DNA of 64,000 bases, taken from NCBI GenBank assembly GCA_965645245.1, contig OZ287075.1, forward strand, positions 2,356,001-2,420,000, read 5' to 3'. This DNA comes from Massalongia carnosa. Its lineage: Eukaryota. Each line of letters begins with the position of its first letter. Within the stretch, counting starts at the first letter, position 1. Positions 47,729 through 59,420 of the stretch are shown here, one piece after another. The position numbers were made by a program, and so were the translations under genes. The notes beneath the pieces are model-generated. The model ran no database searches and was not told the DNA's origin. It saw nothing but the letters and a program-made list of their open reading frames with translations.

Positions 47729-49064
47729 CAGTCCCGTGCCAAAAGTCTGCGGCCCAACCAGTAATTTTCGTGATTTCGCGTTTTCAACTCATCAACCCCC
47801 CATCTTCCACCTCATCATTTCACCATGCTTCGTACTTCTTTAACCCCCATAAGTAGTAATCGGCCTTGTAACACTAAATTGACGCCATATCAACGTGGTA
47901 TGATTGTTGGGCCCAGGCGTTGGGGCACACACCGACCGAGATTGGGAAGACTCTTAATTTCACTAAATCGACCGTGCAGAGCACCATTCAGAAGCACTCA
48001 ATTCGCAACGACGGCGTGTCTAAATCACTTCCTGGACGGCCTGAAGTGCTGTCAGAACGCGATCGACGTTATATCATCAAGCATGCACGAATCAATCCAC
48101 GAATCACTTATGCACAAATCAAACTAGAAGTGGGGCTCGGCTGCAGTCGTACGACTATTTATCGGGCATTCAAACTGTATTGTTTAACCAACTGGGTGGA
48201 TAAAAAACGAACTTTATTGACGCCTGAAGTGGCCTAGAAACGATTGGATTGGTGCTTGCTGCGGCGTGAGTGGAGTTTTGAGCAGTGGTCAAGAGTTATA
48301 TGGTCAGATAAGTGCTCGGTTGGAAAGGGTCAGGAAAACAACGTCAGTGGGTGTTCAGATTGCCGAAAGAAAAATGGAATAAAGAGATGATACAACCTGT
48401 CCCCAAAGGCAAAGGAGTCAGTGTCGTGGTCTGGGCAGCTTTTTGGGGAGATGACAGGTCAGATCTTTACAAATTGGCTCGTAATTTTGCTGCGAAGAAG
48501 ATGGGGTACTCGGCGAACTCATATATGGAATTATTGAACGATAATCTGCTTGGAATTTGGCAACAGGGCCTCATTTTCATGCAGGATAACGCACCTATAC
48601 ATAAGGCTAAAAAGGTGATGGAATTGTTCAATGAGAACGGCATAGATGTCATCGATTGGCCCCTCTATTCACCTGATTTAAATCCCATCGAGCACGTTTG
48701 GTATGTGCTCAAAAAGCTCGTCTATCAAGTCAACCCGAACCTAGATTTGGTGATCGGCAGTGATAAAACTGTTCGTGAGGTACTTTGGAAAGCGTTAGAA
48801 GAAGCCTAGACGTTGATAGATGTGAAAATAATGAGAAGGTTAATAGAGAGCAGGAATAGGAGGATAAAAGCGGGTAAAGCGTCGGAAGAATTGTATACTA
48901 AATATTAAAAATCAATTTTTGGGGGAATTCTTGTTTAGTATGTATGTAATCATTATGTAAATTTTCAAGACATTTCAGCAATCGTGACGTGGTTGATTGT
49001 TCATTGAATAGAATAATTGAAATTTTGGTGGGGTACGAGGCCGCAGACTATTGGCCTAGTACTG
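47729..49064 (+). mobile_element. Tc1/mariner DD34E DNA transposon (1336 bp) with a decayed transposase (~47825-48907)
   Basis: TA TSD; ~26-bp imperfect TIR CAGT....GCCAAWAGTCTGCGGCC; GRP, WSD, FMQDNAPIH, SPDLNPIEHVW with 34 residues between D and E. Confidence 0.95.
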
Positions 49065-52000
49065 TAATACCGAAACCGCGGTAGGCGATCACGTATCAAT
49101 CTAGCGCCATCAGTATTACAGGTGAAAAGATTGAAAAAGAAGAAAATGAGGAGAAATATGGGGATAAGAGCAAGGTTTAGAATAAAAAAGAATGGAAGAG
49201 TATGGATAAGGGTACAAATAAGGGCAAGAATGAGCGGGAGAAAGATGATTAGGATAAGTTTCAGAATTAGGAAGAGGAAGAGGGAAATTTTAAGAACGAG
49301 GATAAGAGTAAGGGTAAGAATTTTGGAGAAAGGATAGGATTCGAGTTAAGGTATAAAAAATAAGGAGAAATATATAAGAGGGACAGTAAACACTAGTCCT
49401 TATGGGTTATAATGCTCAGTGTGACTGCTAATAGATTGGTAGGTGCTAAAGCTAAAAGCTGATTCCCTGAAAATGGGAATCGAGCTTTCTATATACCCCT
49501 TGGGGTCCTATTTACTAACTACTTATCTGGTTACCTGTCTGCCTTGTTGCCTTCAGCTGAAGTCTAGTAGATAGCCTTGCTGCCTTCAGCTGAGGTCTAG
49601 CAGATAACCTTGTTGCCTTCAGCTGAGGTCTAGCAGATAGCCTTGTTGCCTTCAGCTGAGGTCTCCTAGGCGTCCCAGGCCTCCCATGAGATCGAGGCTT
49701 ATCTGAATAGCTTCAGTTGCTGCCTAACAAACTGGTAATGCTGATTGCTGATGGCTTAGTATTGCTATCCGCCTTATCATGACTAAGCATCCGGATTATC
49801 AGTCACCCGGTCTTCTTGGGTGAGTCATCCCAGGAGCTAGCGCAGTCCTGTATTGCCGCGCTATTACAATTACCTCCCTTCTAGTAATGAGCTCCTGCGA
49901 AATTCATCCCAGGTAGTTCGTGCGTTCAGCCCATCATCGCGTGGTAATTGCAAGCGGTTAATCGTGCCGATGGCTTTAACGTCGATGGCCGCTTGAATGC
50001 AGGCTAGCAAGAGTTGGGATTTGTAAGAGCTTGGAAGATATTAGGATAACATAACTTGATGCTCTAGCTCAGCCTCATTAAAAACCTCCCACCTCCCTTC
50101 TAGGGACGGTGCTAGGAAAAGAGCTACTGGCCTGGATGGAATCGAGCATGACGTTATTGCAACACATTGCTGAGCTCCTAGCGCAGCCTCATTAAAAACC
50201 TCCAACCTTTTTTCGTGGGCAGGTGATAGGAAAAGAGTGCTGCCCTTATTTAGTCCTCTTTGTGCGTCGTCCTGTTTCTTTCGCTAATGAGGGAGTCCTA
50301 GTGGCCTGAGGGGTAGACTTTGCTGTTGGCTTGGTAGGATTTTTCTCATGAAATTCCCTCAATAGCTTTCGTAGATGTTTGACGCCGGCGACGGGCTCGC
50401 ATGTGTCTTCCGCGTCGGGATAACCTTTCCAATGCACTAGATAATATAATCCAGCCGGTCGTCCGTCTTCTGCTTCTTTTGCATAGACTGCACTATCTCG
50501 TATGCACTCTACTTCATACTCTTGTATGTCATCGTCTTCGAATTCAAGCTGTTCAGCCATTTGTTCGTCTACTACCTCCCTTCTGGTGGTGTCTCTTTCC
50601 AGCAGAGACACATGAAAGACTGGGTCTATTTTCCAACTTTTCGGAAGTTCTAGCTCGTAAGCTTGAGTGCCTACAGGCCTCAACACCTTAAAGGGATCCT
50701 AGAACTTATGCTCAAGCTTCTTGTTCCTTTTCGTCTTAATATGTTTGCTGTTTAGCCAAACCATTTCATCGGGAGCGTAGCAACGTTCTTTCACCGTTCT
50801 ATTGTGATATTTGGCTTGATAGTCTTGGGCTAATTGCAGGTTATTTTTCAACTTTGCTAACAAATCGCGTAGATTTTTAGCCTGTTCCTCAGCTGTCTTC
50901 GACTTCGATCGAGGGTCTTGGTTATCTTTATAACTCATCCTTGGGTGGTAGCCTATATTAGCCTCGAACGGGGTGAGCTTGGTGCTTGAATGACGGGTGT
51001 TATTGTATGCAAATTCAGCGGTAGGGAGCCATTGCACCCAGTCATCTTGCTCGAAACGGCACATGGTACTATTTTGACGTTCTGTCTGACCGTCTGTTTG
51101 TGGATGGAAGGCTGTGCTTAGCCTACGCTTTATCTTCATGTAATAGCATAGGGATGACCAGAAGTTTGATGTAAATAGCGAGCCCCGATCGGTGACTATG
51201 GAGTCAGGTAGGCCGTGATACTTGAACACGCAGTGCCTCAGCACTTCAGCTAACTGTTCAGCAGTCAGCGTTTTCTTCACTGCCTCATAGTGCACCATCT
51301 TGGTGAGGCTATCAACGACGACTAGGATGGAGTCATAATCAACTCCCCTCCAGTCCTTACTCTTAGGTAAGCCAGTGACGAAGTCCATCGTAATGTCCTT
51401 CCACTTATGAGTTGGTATAGGCAACGACTGCAAGTTTCCATAAGGCTTATGCCTCGTAGCTTTGCTACTCATGCAGACGTCGCAACCCTCTACATAGCGT
51501 GCTATGTCTGATTTCATCGATGGCCAGTAGTACTTTCTACTCACTAGCTCAATCGTCTTGTCTTTCCCGAAGTGCCCTGCCAGCGGATCATCATGATTTA
51601 ACTCAAGAATTTCTCCTCGTAATGAGGCTGGGATGTAGGCCTTTCCTTCATGGAATAGACAGTGGTCCGAGTCCGACCATGGATCGCTGGAGGGCGCCAC
51701 CTCCTGTGTCCCCGACACGTCACTGTCTTTCAAGGTAGCTAACCTTTTCCGAACAGTGATAGCGACCTCGTCAACCTGTTGCAACTCAGGAAGACGCTCT
51801 AATACTCCCCTAGAAGCGGGTTGAGTATAAGGTGACTCGCGCTGTGCGAGAGAGTTTCGCAATGAACTCCAGTATGCCTTCACCTTCGGAACAACCAATG
51901 TTCCGCATGTTATGATCTTCTATATTTCACCGTGGTGAGACCCCGTCGGGCCAGAAGCATCATCTAACGACTCCCCTGACATTGCCCTCATTAGACAAAC

Positions 52001-52941
52001 GCGTGCTTTCTTATCTGCTAGGGATGTCTGCAAAAGGTGGAGCGTTTTGCGGTTTTCAACCAGCACTTCGCCATCATCATCGCCAGCGGTAGGAGGTCTT
52101 GACAGCCCATCGGCTGGGTTCCTCTTACCCTGACGATAATCGATGCGGAAATTATACCTGGAAAGCTCTTGAGCCCACCTTATGAAACGGGGAGACCTTC
52201 TCCCAGCAGGCATTCACTACTGGAAGATGGGATCCACAGGGGCTACACAACGTGATGGTCACAATAGAGGTACAAATAGGTTGGGTCGGGTCAAAGGGTA
52301 GACTAAATGCTACCCTTTTAAAGTGCTTGATCATTGATCTATATAGGATAGGACAATCCATAACCTAAGCTCTTCTTCCATACCTTGCCCATACTACCTG
52401 GTATTTTCGGACTTCGAAATACTTCGGACACCGAAAGACACGGGTAGATAAGACTAGGCAGGTGAGCTAGGGGAGGTGAGGCGAGGCGAGGGGATACTTC
52501 GTGTACTACGAAAACACCTCCATAATAAGTTAAGTCCCCACACTATGCCTGACTGGGTTAGGCGGGACCTTATTGTCTTGGTGGTTGTTTTGGCTGTACG
52601 TATCCCACATAGCCACATAGGCCAGTCTTACGTTCAACGAACGCATACTAGGCCTACCCTATTACAACTGCCTCCCTCCTATGGTCGAGTCCCATCCGAG
52701 ACATGCACTGCAAAAGATAGCCTCATGACGACCTAGGGTGCGTACCTAGACAACTCCATAAAAACCCTCTGACCCTTTGGGACAGAGGCAAAAAGGCATC
52801 GCTGTCATGACGGGTACGGCCTAGCCGAATGATCCACTGCGCCGACGGTCCCCTTGTGAGTATGCAGCCCCTTCCGGCCATTAGGCACCGACTTACATAC
52901 TCACTGCCAATGCCGCAGCATTGGACTTCTTCGCCTGTCCC

Positions 52942-55900
52942 TTAGGACTTGACTCGCGGCTTCTTGCGCGTATGGACCGTCCCAGCCGCGCCAGCGTCAT
53001 CTATACCTAACTGCCGACGACCCCTCTTGGGACGTCCTAGACGCAGCGGTGTTACCAAGTCGACCCCCACTTGCGAGGTTAAAGGCAAAGCCTCATCGAC
53101 AGGGCCAGGCGGGGAGTCCGGCTGCAGCGCGGAGTACGTCGATTTCTTCGCTAGAGGAGGACGTGGAGGACCTGAATCGACTGGGGTTCCGCTTGCGGTG
53201 GATTTTGAAGGATTATCCTTATGGAATAACCTCACCATCTTGCATAAATGCTTGATGGCCGCATACGGTTCCCAGCTATCCTCAGACTCTGGGTATCCTT
53301 TCCAATGGATCAGATAATAAAGCCCTGCAGGTCTCCCGTCCTCCGACTCCCTAGCATAGACAGCCGAATCTTGAATACTCTCGACCTCGTACTCCTTTGG
53401 TTCAGTTTCATTGAACTCTAGCTGCTCCGCTAATTCTTTATCGACTCCCCCCTTCTTAGTGCCATTCTTCTCCAGAAGAGACACATGAAAGACATCGTGG
53501 ATTCGCCAACGCGGCGGCAGTTGGATGCGATAGGCTTGCTTGCCAATCGGCTCAATAACCTTGAATGGACCTAGGAACTTGTGTTCAAGCTTCCTGTTCC
53601 TCTTCATGTTAATGTGCTTGTCATCCAACCAAACTGACTCGCCGGGGCTGTACACACGATCCTTTGTAGCCTTGTTATGGTAGCGAGCTTGAGACTCTTG
53701 TGCACCTCTAAGGTTTGCCTTGCACAGGTCCATAAGCTCTTTGAGTTCCGCGACCTCAGCCCCCGCCGCCCTAGACCGCGAACGGGGATCCAGCTCATCC
53801 TCATAGCTCATCCGCGGATGATAACCGCAGTTCAACTCGAAAGGAGTCAACCCGGTGCTAGAGTGCTTGGAGTTATTGAAGGCGAACTCAGCCATGGGCA
53901 GATACTGCACCCAGTCGTCCTGCTCGAATGAGACAAAGGACCGGAGGTACGCCTCCAACGTGCTGTTCTGACGCTCTGTCTGGCCGTCAGTTTGTGGGTG
54001 AAAAGCCGTGCTGAGACGCCTCTTAATGCTGACATAATAGCACAGCGAGGACCAGAACTGCGATGTGAACAGGGAGCCACGGTCTGTAACTATAGAGTCA
54101 GGGAGCCCATGGTATCTCACGACCGAATCAATAATTACTTCCGCGAGGACTTCAGCCGTCAGCGTTTTCATCACTGCTTCGTAATGGACCGTCTTCGTCA
54201 GGCGGTCAACAATGACGAGGATGGAGTCATATCCTACTCCACGCCAGTCGCAATTGCGCGGGAGCCCTGTAACGAAGTCCATCGTAATGTCTTTCCACTT
54301 ATGCGAGGGAATCGGCAGGGACTGGAGACTCCCATACGGCTTATGCCGCTGCGACTTCGACCTCATGCATACGTCACACGCATCCACGTACTTTTCAACG
54401 TCCACCTTGATAGTGTCCCAGTGGTATTTCCGAGTCAGCAACTCCTGGGTCTTTTCGATGCCAAAATGCCCCGCCAAGGGGTCATCATGATGGCGCGCCA
54501 TTATCTCAGTTCGTAACGTCTCGGGGATATAAGGCTTGCCTTCATAATATAAGACATCCCCGGACTCCTTCCAGGGCTCGCCCGAAACACCAGAAAACGC
54601 ATTAACTTCGGAGGTAGCTAGCCTCTTCCGTACAGCCTGGGCGCCCTTGTCTTCCGCAAGCAACTCAGGAAGACGTGGAAGTAATGAACCGATTGCAGTG
54701 TAGGGACCCTCTTCAGCCACGACTGCCCTTATAACAGCCCATGACTTGACGAGGTCCGGGACCACCGCAGTCCCACAGATAATCACCTCTAACATCATTT
54801 TCCTATACCCCTGCGAGTAGTCACGCTCGCGGGGCTTCTTAGGTTGGCTTAAGGCCTTGCAGGCCCGAATGGTCACGGGCTCGTTCAACAGCAAAGAATC
54901 CTGCAAGCGGTGCAATATCTGCCTGTTCTCAACTATTAACTCATCGTCATCCGCCTCAGCCTGGGCGGGGCGAGATAAGGCGTCTGCGGGGTTGTGAGAA
55001 ACCTGACGATAGTCAATCCGAAAGTTATACTGGGAGAGCTCCTGCGCCCAACGGATCTGGCGTCCGCCGAGTCGTTTGGTATCCATGAACCGTTTTAGGT
55101 TGTTGTGGTCGGTGAGAACTAGGACTTCATGAGTGCTGCCTTCGAGATAATGCCTCCAATGCCTAAAAGCCTCGACAATGGCCAGCAACTCCGCGTCATG
55201 CGTTTCATAATTACGCTCCGCGGGAATCATCTTCCTAGAAAAGTAGGCTACTGGATGCCAATGACTCTCATCGTCCTTTTGTGATAGTATCCCACCGATG
55301 GCATACCCAGATGAATCAGTCTCCACGCGTATATGTCGCTCCGTATCGAAATGCCTGAGGACTGGGGCCGTGACAAAGGCCCCCTTCAGTTGATCGAACG
55401 CTACTAACGCCTCAGCAGTCAGAAACGAGTCCGATTTCGGCATCTTAGGGCCCGTCGTCTTCAGCATCGCGGTCAAAGGCCTAGCGATCTTACTGAACCC
55501 CTTGATGAACCGGCGGTAAAAATTGGCAAAGCCTATAAAGACTTGAATATCGCGAACGCACTGGGGTCTAGGCCAGCTGCGCACGCTCTCTATCCTATCA
55601 TTCTCCATCCGAATACCTTCAGGTGAAATAATATACCCAAGAAAGCGAACCTCTTTCTGACTGAAACGGCACTTCTGCAAATTGGCATACAGGCCGTGCT
55701 TTCGTAACTGTTCAACCACCCACTTAACCGCATCAGTGTGCGCTGAACCAGTCTCTTCAGTGTAAATGAGAATATCGTCTAAATAGACAATGCAAAAAAC
55801 ATCAAGTTTTTCAGCGAGTACCTTGTTAATCAAAGCTTGAAACGTCGCTGGTGCATTGGAAAGCCCAAAGGGCATAACCTGATATTCGAAATGGCCATAG

Positions 55901-56940
55901 CGAGTTCGAAAGGCAGTCTTCCACTCGTCTCCCTTTGCTATTCGCACCCTATGGTACGCATGGATGAGATCAAGCTGGGTATACTCCTTCGCTCGGCCGA
56001 GCCTATCTAGGGCCTCGCCTACTAACGGCAGGGGGTAACGGTTTTTAATCGTTATATTGTTGAGACCCCTGTAGTCGACGCATAGCCGCAATCCTCCGCT
56101 GGGCTTCCTAATAAAGAGGATAGGCGCCCCCGCAGGAGAAGTCGACGGTCTGATGAACCCGTTATTGAGGTTGACTTCGATATAACCCCTTAGAGCTTCT
56201 AACTCCGTGGGACCGAGGCTATAGATAGGCCCATGAGGAAGCGACTTGCCCTCCTCTAGGACGATTCTGTGATCATCCGGGGTCAGCGACGGCAACTCGT
56301 CAGCTTTCTCCGCAGAGAATACCCCTTCATAATCGGCGTATTCCACAGTGAGCTTGATCTCCTCTGTAGTCGAAATAGCCTGTAGGTTCACGCACCTAGC
56401 GTCGTCCAACGCATCAAGAATGGCGGCTACTTGTACGACAAAGCAAGCGGACTTATCATCCCGAGCATCCTCTGCGAAGGTCTCCGGCTCAACTAACTCA
56501 ATGCGCCTTTCGGTCGGCAAAGAAGTCGAGACAGAATAATCTCTCCAAGTGAGAGACCCTTCAGCGAAGTGGACGTCCGGGTTGCCGAGTTTCAGAAAAG
56601 GCATCCCCAACACAACATCATGAGAGACGTTTGCTATTAGAAAAGTCTCCTCGAACCAGCGAGTTCGTTCGAGCTTGTCATCAACAGAGAATTTGGCTAA
56701 CACCATGCCATGGGTAGTCAACCGAGAGCCATCTATCGTAGCTGCACCCCAATTGGTATGCAGGGTCGGAAGACCTAAAGATCGAACCAACTCTGGAGCG
56801 ATAGCATTGACTTCGCTACCAGAATCGATCAAGGCTTTCAGACTAGAAAGATCCTTCACCATCTGGATGTCGTACAACATACAGGGTTCTCTTTGCAAAC
56901 GGGGCGCATGCTTGGCAATTGCCTCCCTAGGGTCAGTCAC
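52942..56940 (-). CDS. pol: F pol, uninterrupted 1332 aa (protease, RT, RNase H, integrase, chromodomain)
   Basis: LIDSGS, YLDD, ETDSS, HHCC, TDGQTER, GPF, YYLIHWKGY; likely reached by frameshift at AAAAAAC before the gag stop. Confidence 0.95.
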   Translation of the reverse strand: MTDPREAIAKHAPRLQREPCMLYDIQMVKDLSSLKALIDSGSEVNAIAPELVRSLGLPTLHTNWGAATIDGSRLTTHGMVLAKFSVDDKLERTRWFEETFLIANVSHDVVLGMPFLKLGNPDVHFAEGSLTWRDYSVSTSLPTERRIELVEPETFAEDARDDKSACFVVQVAAILDALDDARCVNLQAISTTEEIKLTVEYADYEGVFSAEKADELPSLTPDDHRIVLEEGKSLPHGPIYSLGPTELEALRGYIEVNLNNGFIRPSTSPAGAPILFIRKPSGGLRLCVDYRGLNNITIKNRYPLPLVGEALDRLGRAKEYTQLDLIHAYHRVRIAKGDEWKTAFRTRYGHFEYQVMPFGLSNAPATFQALINKVLAEKLDVFCIVYLDDILIYTEETGSAHTDAVKWVVEQLRKHGLYANLQKCRFSQKEVRFLGYIISPEGIRMENDRIESVRSWPRPQCVRDIQVFIGFANFYRRFIKGFSKIARPLTAMLKTTGPKMPKSDSFLTAEALVAFDQLKGAFVTAPVLRHFDTERHIRVETDSSGYAIGGILSQKDDESHWHPVAYFSRKMIPAERNYETHDAELLAIVEAFRHWRHYLEGSTHEVLVLTDHNNLKRFMDTKRLGGRQIRWAQELSQYNFRIDYRQVSHNPADALSRPAQAEADDDELIVENRQILHRLQDSLLLNEPVTIRACKALSQPKKPRERDYSQGYRKMMLEVIICGTAVVPDLVKSWAVIRAVVAEEGPYTAIGSLLPRLPELLAEDKGAQAVRKRLATSEVNAFSGVSGEPWKESGDVLYYEGKPYIPETLRTEIMARHHDDPLAGHFGIEKTQELLTRKYHWDTIKVDVEKYVDACDVCMRSKSQRHKPYGSLQSLPIPSHKWKDITMDFVTGLPRNCDWRGVGYDSILVIVDRLTKTVHYEAVMKTLTAEVLAEVIIDSVVRYHGLPDSIVTDRGSLFTSQFWSSLCYYVSIKRRLSTAFHPQTDGQTERQNSTLEAYLRSFVSFEQDDWVQYLPMAEFAFNNSKHSSTGLTPFELNCGYHPRMSYEDELDPRSRSRAAGAEVAELKELMDLCKANLRGAQESQARYHNKATKDRVYSPGESVWLDDKHINMKRNRKLEHKFLGPFKVIEPIGKQAYRIQLPPRWRIHDVFHVSLLEKNGTKKGGVDKELAEQLEFNETEPKEYEVESIQDSAVYARESEDGRPAGLYYLIHWKGYPESEDSWEPYAAIKHLCKMVRLFHKDNPSKSTASGTPVDSGPPRPPLAKKSTYSALQPDSPPGPVDEALPLTSQVGVDLVTPLRLGRPKRGRRQLGIDDAGAAGTVHTRKKPRVKS

Positions 56941-56966
56941 CGGTTCGGAAGTAACGCCGGCGACAG

Positions 56967-58244
56967 CTAGTTTTTTGGCTTGGGAGGATTGGTGCAGTGG
57001 GTAGAGATATGCCCTTTTTCACTGCATCTATAGCAGGTGACTTCGGCAGGAGGCTCCTTGCCACGTCTGTGATTCTTACCCTGAGTCTTCGACGATCGAG
57101 TTTGCGAGGCATCCCTTGACTTATCGCGACGAGAGTCGCGATGTGAGGAGTTCTTGGTCGAGGTGTGCATATTAACGGATGCCTCGGCCTGCATTGCGAG
57201 AGCGACGAATTGCGAGTAGGTGCTCGCATTGTCAACCATGTTGTAAAGGGCTGATTTAATCTCAGGACGCAGAGCATCTCGAGCGCGGCGAATCATGTCG
57301 GACTCGCGGGGGAAATGAAGGTCATACTCCTGAAGAACGGAGCACAATTGTTGAAGCTGTACGCTAAACGTGCGTACGTTGTCTCCAGGGCGCTGAACAA
57401 AACTAAAGAACTTTCCCCAGGTTTTGTCCACGAAGGTCTTCTCGTTGCCAAGGTCATCCCGGAGGACATTTAAGAATGCGGCCCAGGGTGGGTCGTAATC
57501 AAGCGGCAATGTCTTGACGTATTCTGACCATACATGGCCAACAGTCTCTCCGCGAAGAAAGGAAGCCGCGAAAGAGACTGAGGAAGAGTCATCGGGATGC
57601 GCCCGAGCAGTCTTGAAGTACTCGTGACACTGACGAGCGAACTCATACAGCTCCTTGTGACTACTTCCCTTGTATATGTCAGGAACCTTGGGCTTCAGTA
57701 AGGGACGAGAAGCGCCGTCATAACAGCGGTTTGAGTAGTCACGCGAAGGTGACCGGCGGCGATAGTAATGGCCGGGCGAGCGAGAGCGAGAGTCCCGGCG
57801 GGTATGATGACTATTCCGCCTGGATGACCTCTCAGGCGACTGGGGTGCCCGAGGAGATCGTGGGGCCGATCGAGATCGGCGAGCAGACCGAGAGGGAGTT
57901 CGGCCCTGGCTCTGGTTGATTTGGTCCAGGGTAGACTGGATAGCAGCCCATTGCTCGGCAGTGAGAGTCACTGTGGTAGCTGACGTGCCAGAGGAAGGAC
58001 GGGAGGAGCCGTGCGGGCCGACAGGAAGTGGGCCACTAGACGGCGGAGCACCAGATGCATTGGCAGAATTTAGCTGAAGCACCGGAGGTGCCGAGGAGAG
58101 AAGGATCCATTGAGGCCCTAATTGCAGCGGACTGGCTGCGGGTGGCCATGGAAGAATCGATGAGGAAGTTTGGCCTGAACGACGAAAGGCCAAATGGTGC
58201 TGGATGGCGAAAGCGGTAAAAAGCAGCACCCTTATTGCGACCAC
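56967..58244 (-). CDS. gag: F gag (start codon uncertain)
   Basis: Arg/Ser-rich N-part, PDIYKG, CYRCSEKGHISTHC knuckle. Confidence 0.88.
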   Translation of the reverse strand: MVAIRVLLFTAFAIQHHLAFRRSGQTSSSILPWPPAASPLQLGPQWILLSSAPPVLQLNSANASGAPPSSGPLPVGPHGSSRPSSGTSATTVTLTAEQWAAIQSTLDQINQSQGRTPSRSARRSRSAPRSPRAPQSPERSSRRNSHHTRRDSRSRSPGHYYRRRSPSRDYSNRCYDGASRPLLKPKVPDIYKGSSHKELYEFARQCHEYFKTARAHPDDSSSVSFAASFLRGETVGHVWSEYVKTLPLDYDPPWAAFLNVLRDDLGNEKTFVDKTWGKFFSFVQRPGDNVRTFSVQLQQLCSVLQEYDLHFPRESDMIRRARDALRPEIKSALYNMVDNASTYSQFVALAMQAEASVNMHTSTKNSSHRDSRRDKSRDASQTRSSKTQGKNHRRGKEPPAEVTCYRCSEKGHISTHCTNPPKPKN

Positions 58245-59420
58245 CGGATCGTGCTAATCCGGAGATATATAGAGCATTTAGAATTGAAACGGGGAGACCT
58301 TCTCCCAGCAGGCATTCACTACTGGAAGATGGGATCCACAGGGGCTACACAACGTGATGGTCACAATAGAGGTATAAATAGGTCGGGTCGGGTCAAAGGG
58401 TAGACTTAATGCTACCCTTTTAAAGTGCTTGATCATTGATCTATATAGGATAGGACAATCCATAACCTAAGCTCTTCTTCCATACCTTGCCCATACTACC
58501 TGGTATTTTCGGACTCCGAATACTTCGGACACCGAAAGACACGGGTAGATAAGACTAGGCAGGTGAGCTAGGGGAGGTGAGGCGAGGCGAGGGGATACTT
58601 CGTGTACTACGAAAACACCTCCATAATAAGTTAAGTCCCCACACTATGCCTGACTGGGTTAGGCGGGACCTTATTGTCTTGGTGGTTGTTTTGGCTGTAC
58701 GTATCCCACATAGCCACATAGGCCAGTCTTACGTTCAACGAACACATACTAGGCCTACCCTATTACATTTTTGTAAGTTGGAAAATAAGCCATGCTTACG
58801 GAGTTGTTCTAACACCCATCGCACAGAATCTTCATGGGCTTTACCCTTCTGTTCGGTATAGATCAGTATATCATCCAAACAAACGATGCAGAAGACATCC
58901 AGTTTTAGTGCCAACGCTTTATTGATATAGGCTTGGAAGGAGGCCGGAGCATTGGATAATCCGAACGGCATGACGCAGTATTCGAAATGGCCATATCGGG
59001 TGCGAAAGGCTGTCTTCCATTCGTCGCCTTTCTTAATTCTGATACGATTATAGGCTGCAATCAAATCCAATTGGGTGTACTGTTTGGCCCGTCCTAGTCG
59101 ATCTAAAGACTCGCCTACTAATGGTAGCGGGTAGCGATTTTTAACTGTCAGATTGTTCAGACCCCTATAATCCACGCAGAGCCTCAGGGTACCATTTGCC
59201 TCAGGCACGAAGAGAATAGGAGCTCCAGCTGGTGAGGTAGATGGCTGGATAAACCCATTAGCCAGGTGAGCATCGAGGTAGGCCCTTAGCACTGTGAGCT
59301 CTATTTCTGATAGGCTATAAATAGGTTCATATAGAGGCTGCTTTCCATCCACGAGGTCGATCGCATGATCATGTAGCCCGTGCTCTGGTAGCTCGGCTGC
59401 ACTATCTTCCGAAAAGACAT

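Larger units (their letters stand above)
39254..49120 (-). mobile_element. Degenerate Gypsy chromovirus H copy 2; 3' LTR 39254-40313, 5' LTR 46184-49120 (three nested inserts)
   Basis: gag with CFNCNKKGHYSGTC, IDSGS protease, YLDD, integrase, chromodomain; many frameshifts; flanks CGTCA/GGTGA are not a TSD. Confidence 0.92.
52183..58767 (-). mobile_element. Full-length Gypsy chromovirus F; LTRs 58285-58767 (5') and 52183-52666 (3')
   Basis: ~484-bp TG..CA LTRs with about 6 differences, PPT AGGAGGGAGGCAGT, open gag and pol; no TSD. Confidence 0.96.
49373..59420 (-). mobile_element. Gypsy chromovirus D: 3' LTR 49373-49868, PPT, pol pieces 50246-52182 and 58768-59420; interrupted by F and cut by G
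   Basis: PPT GAAGGGAGGTAAT before the LTR; integrase/chromodomain ORFs; RT fragment [12 protein letters not shown]. Confidence 0.88.
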
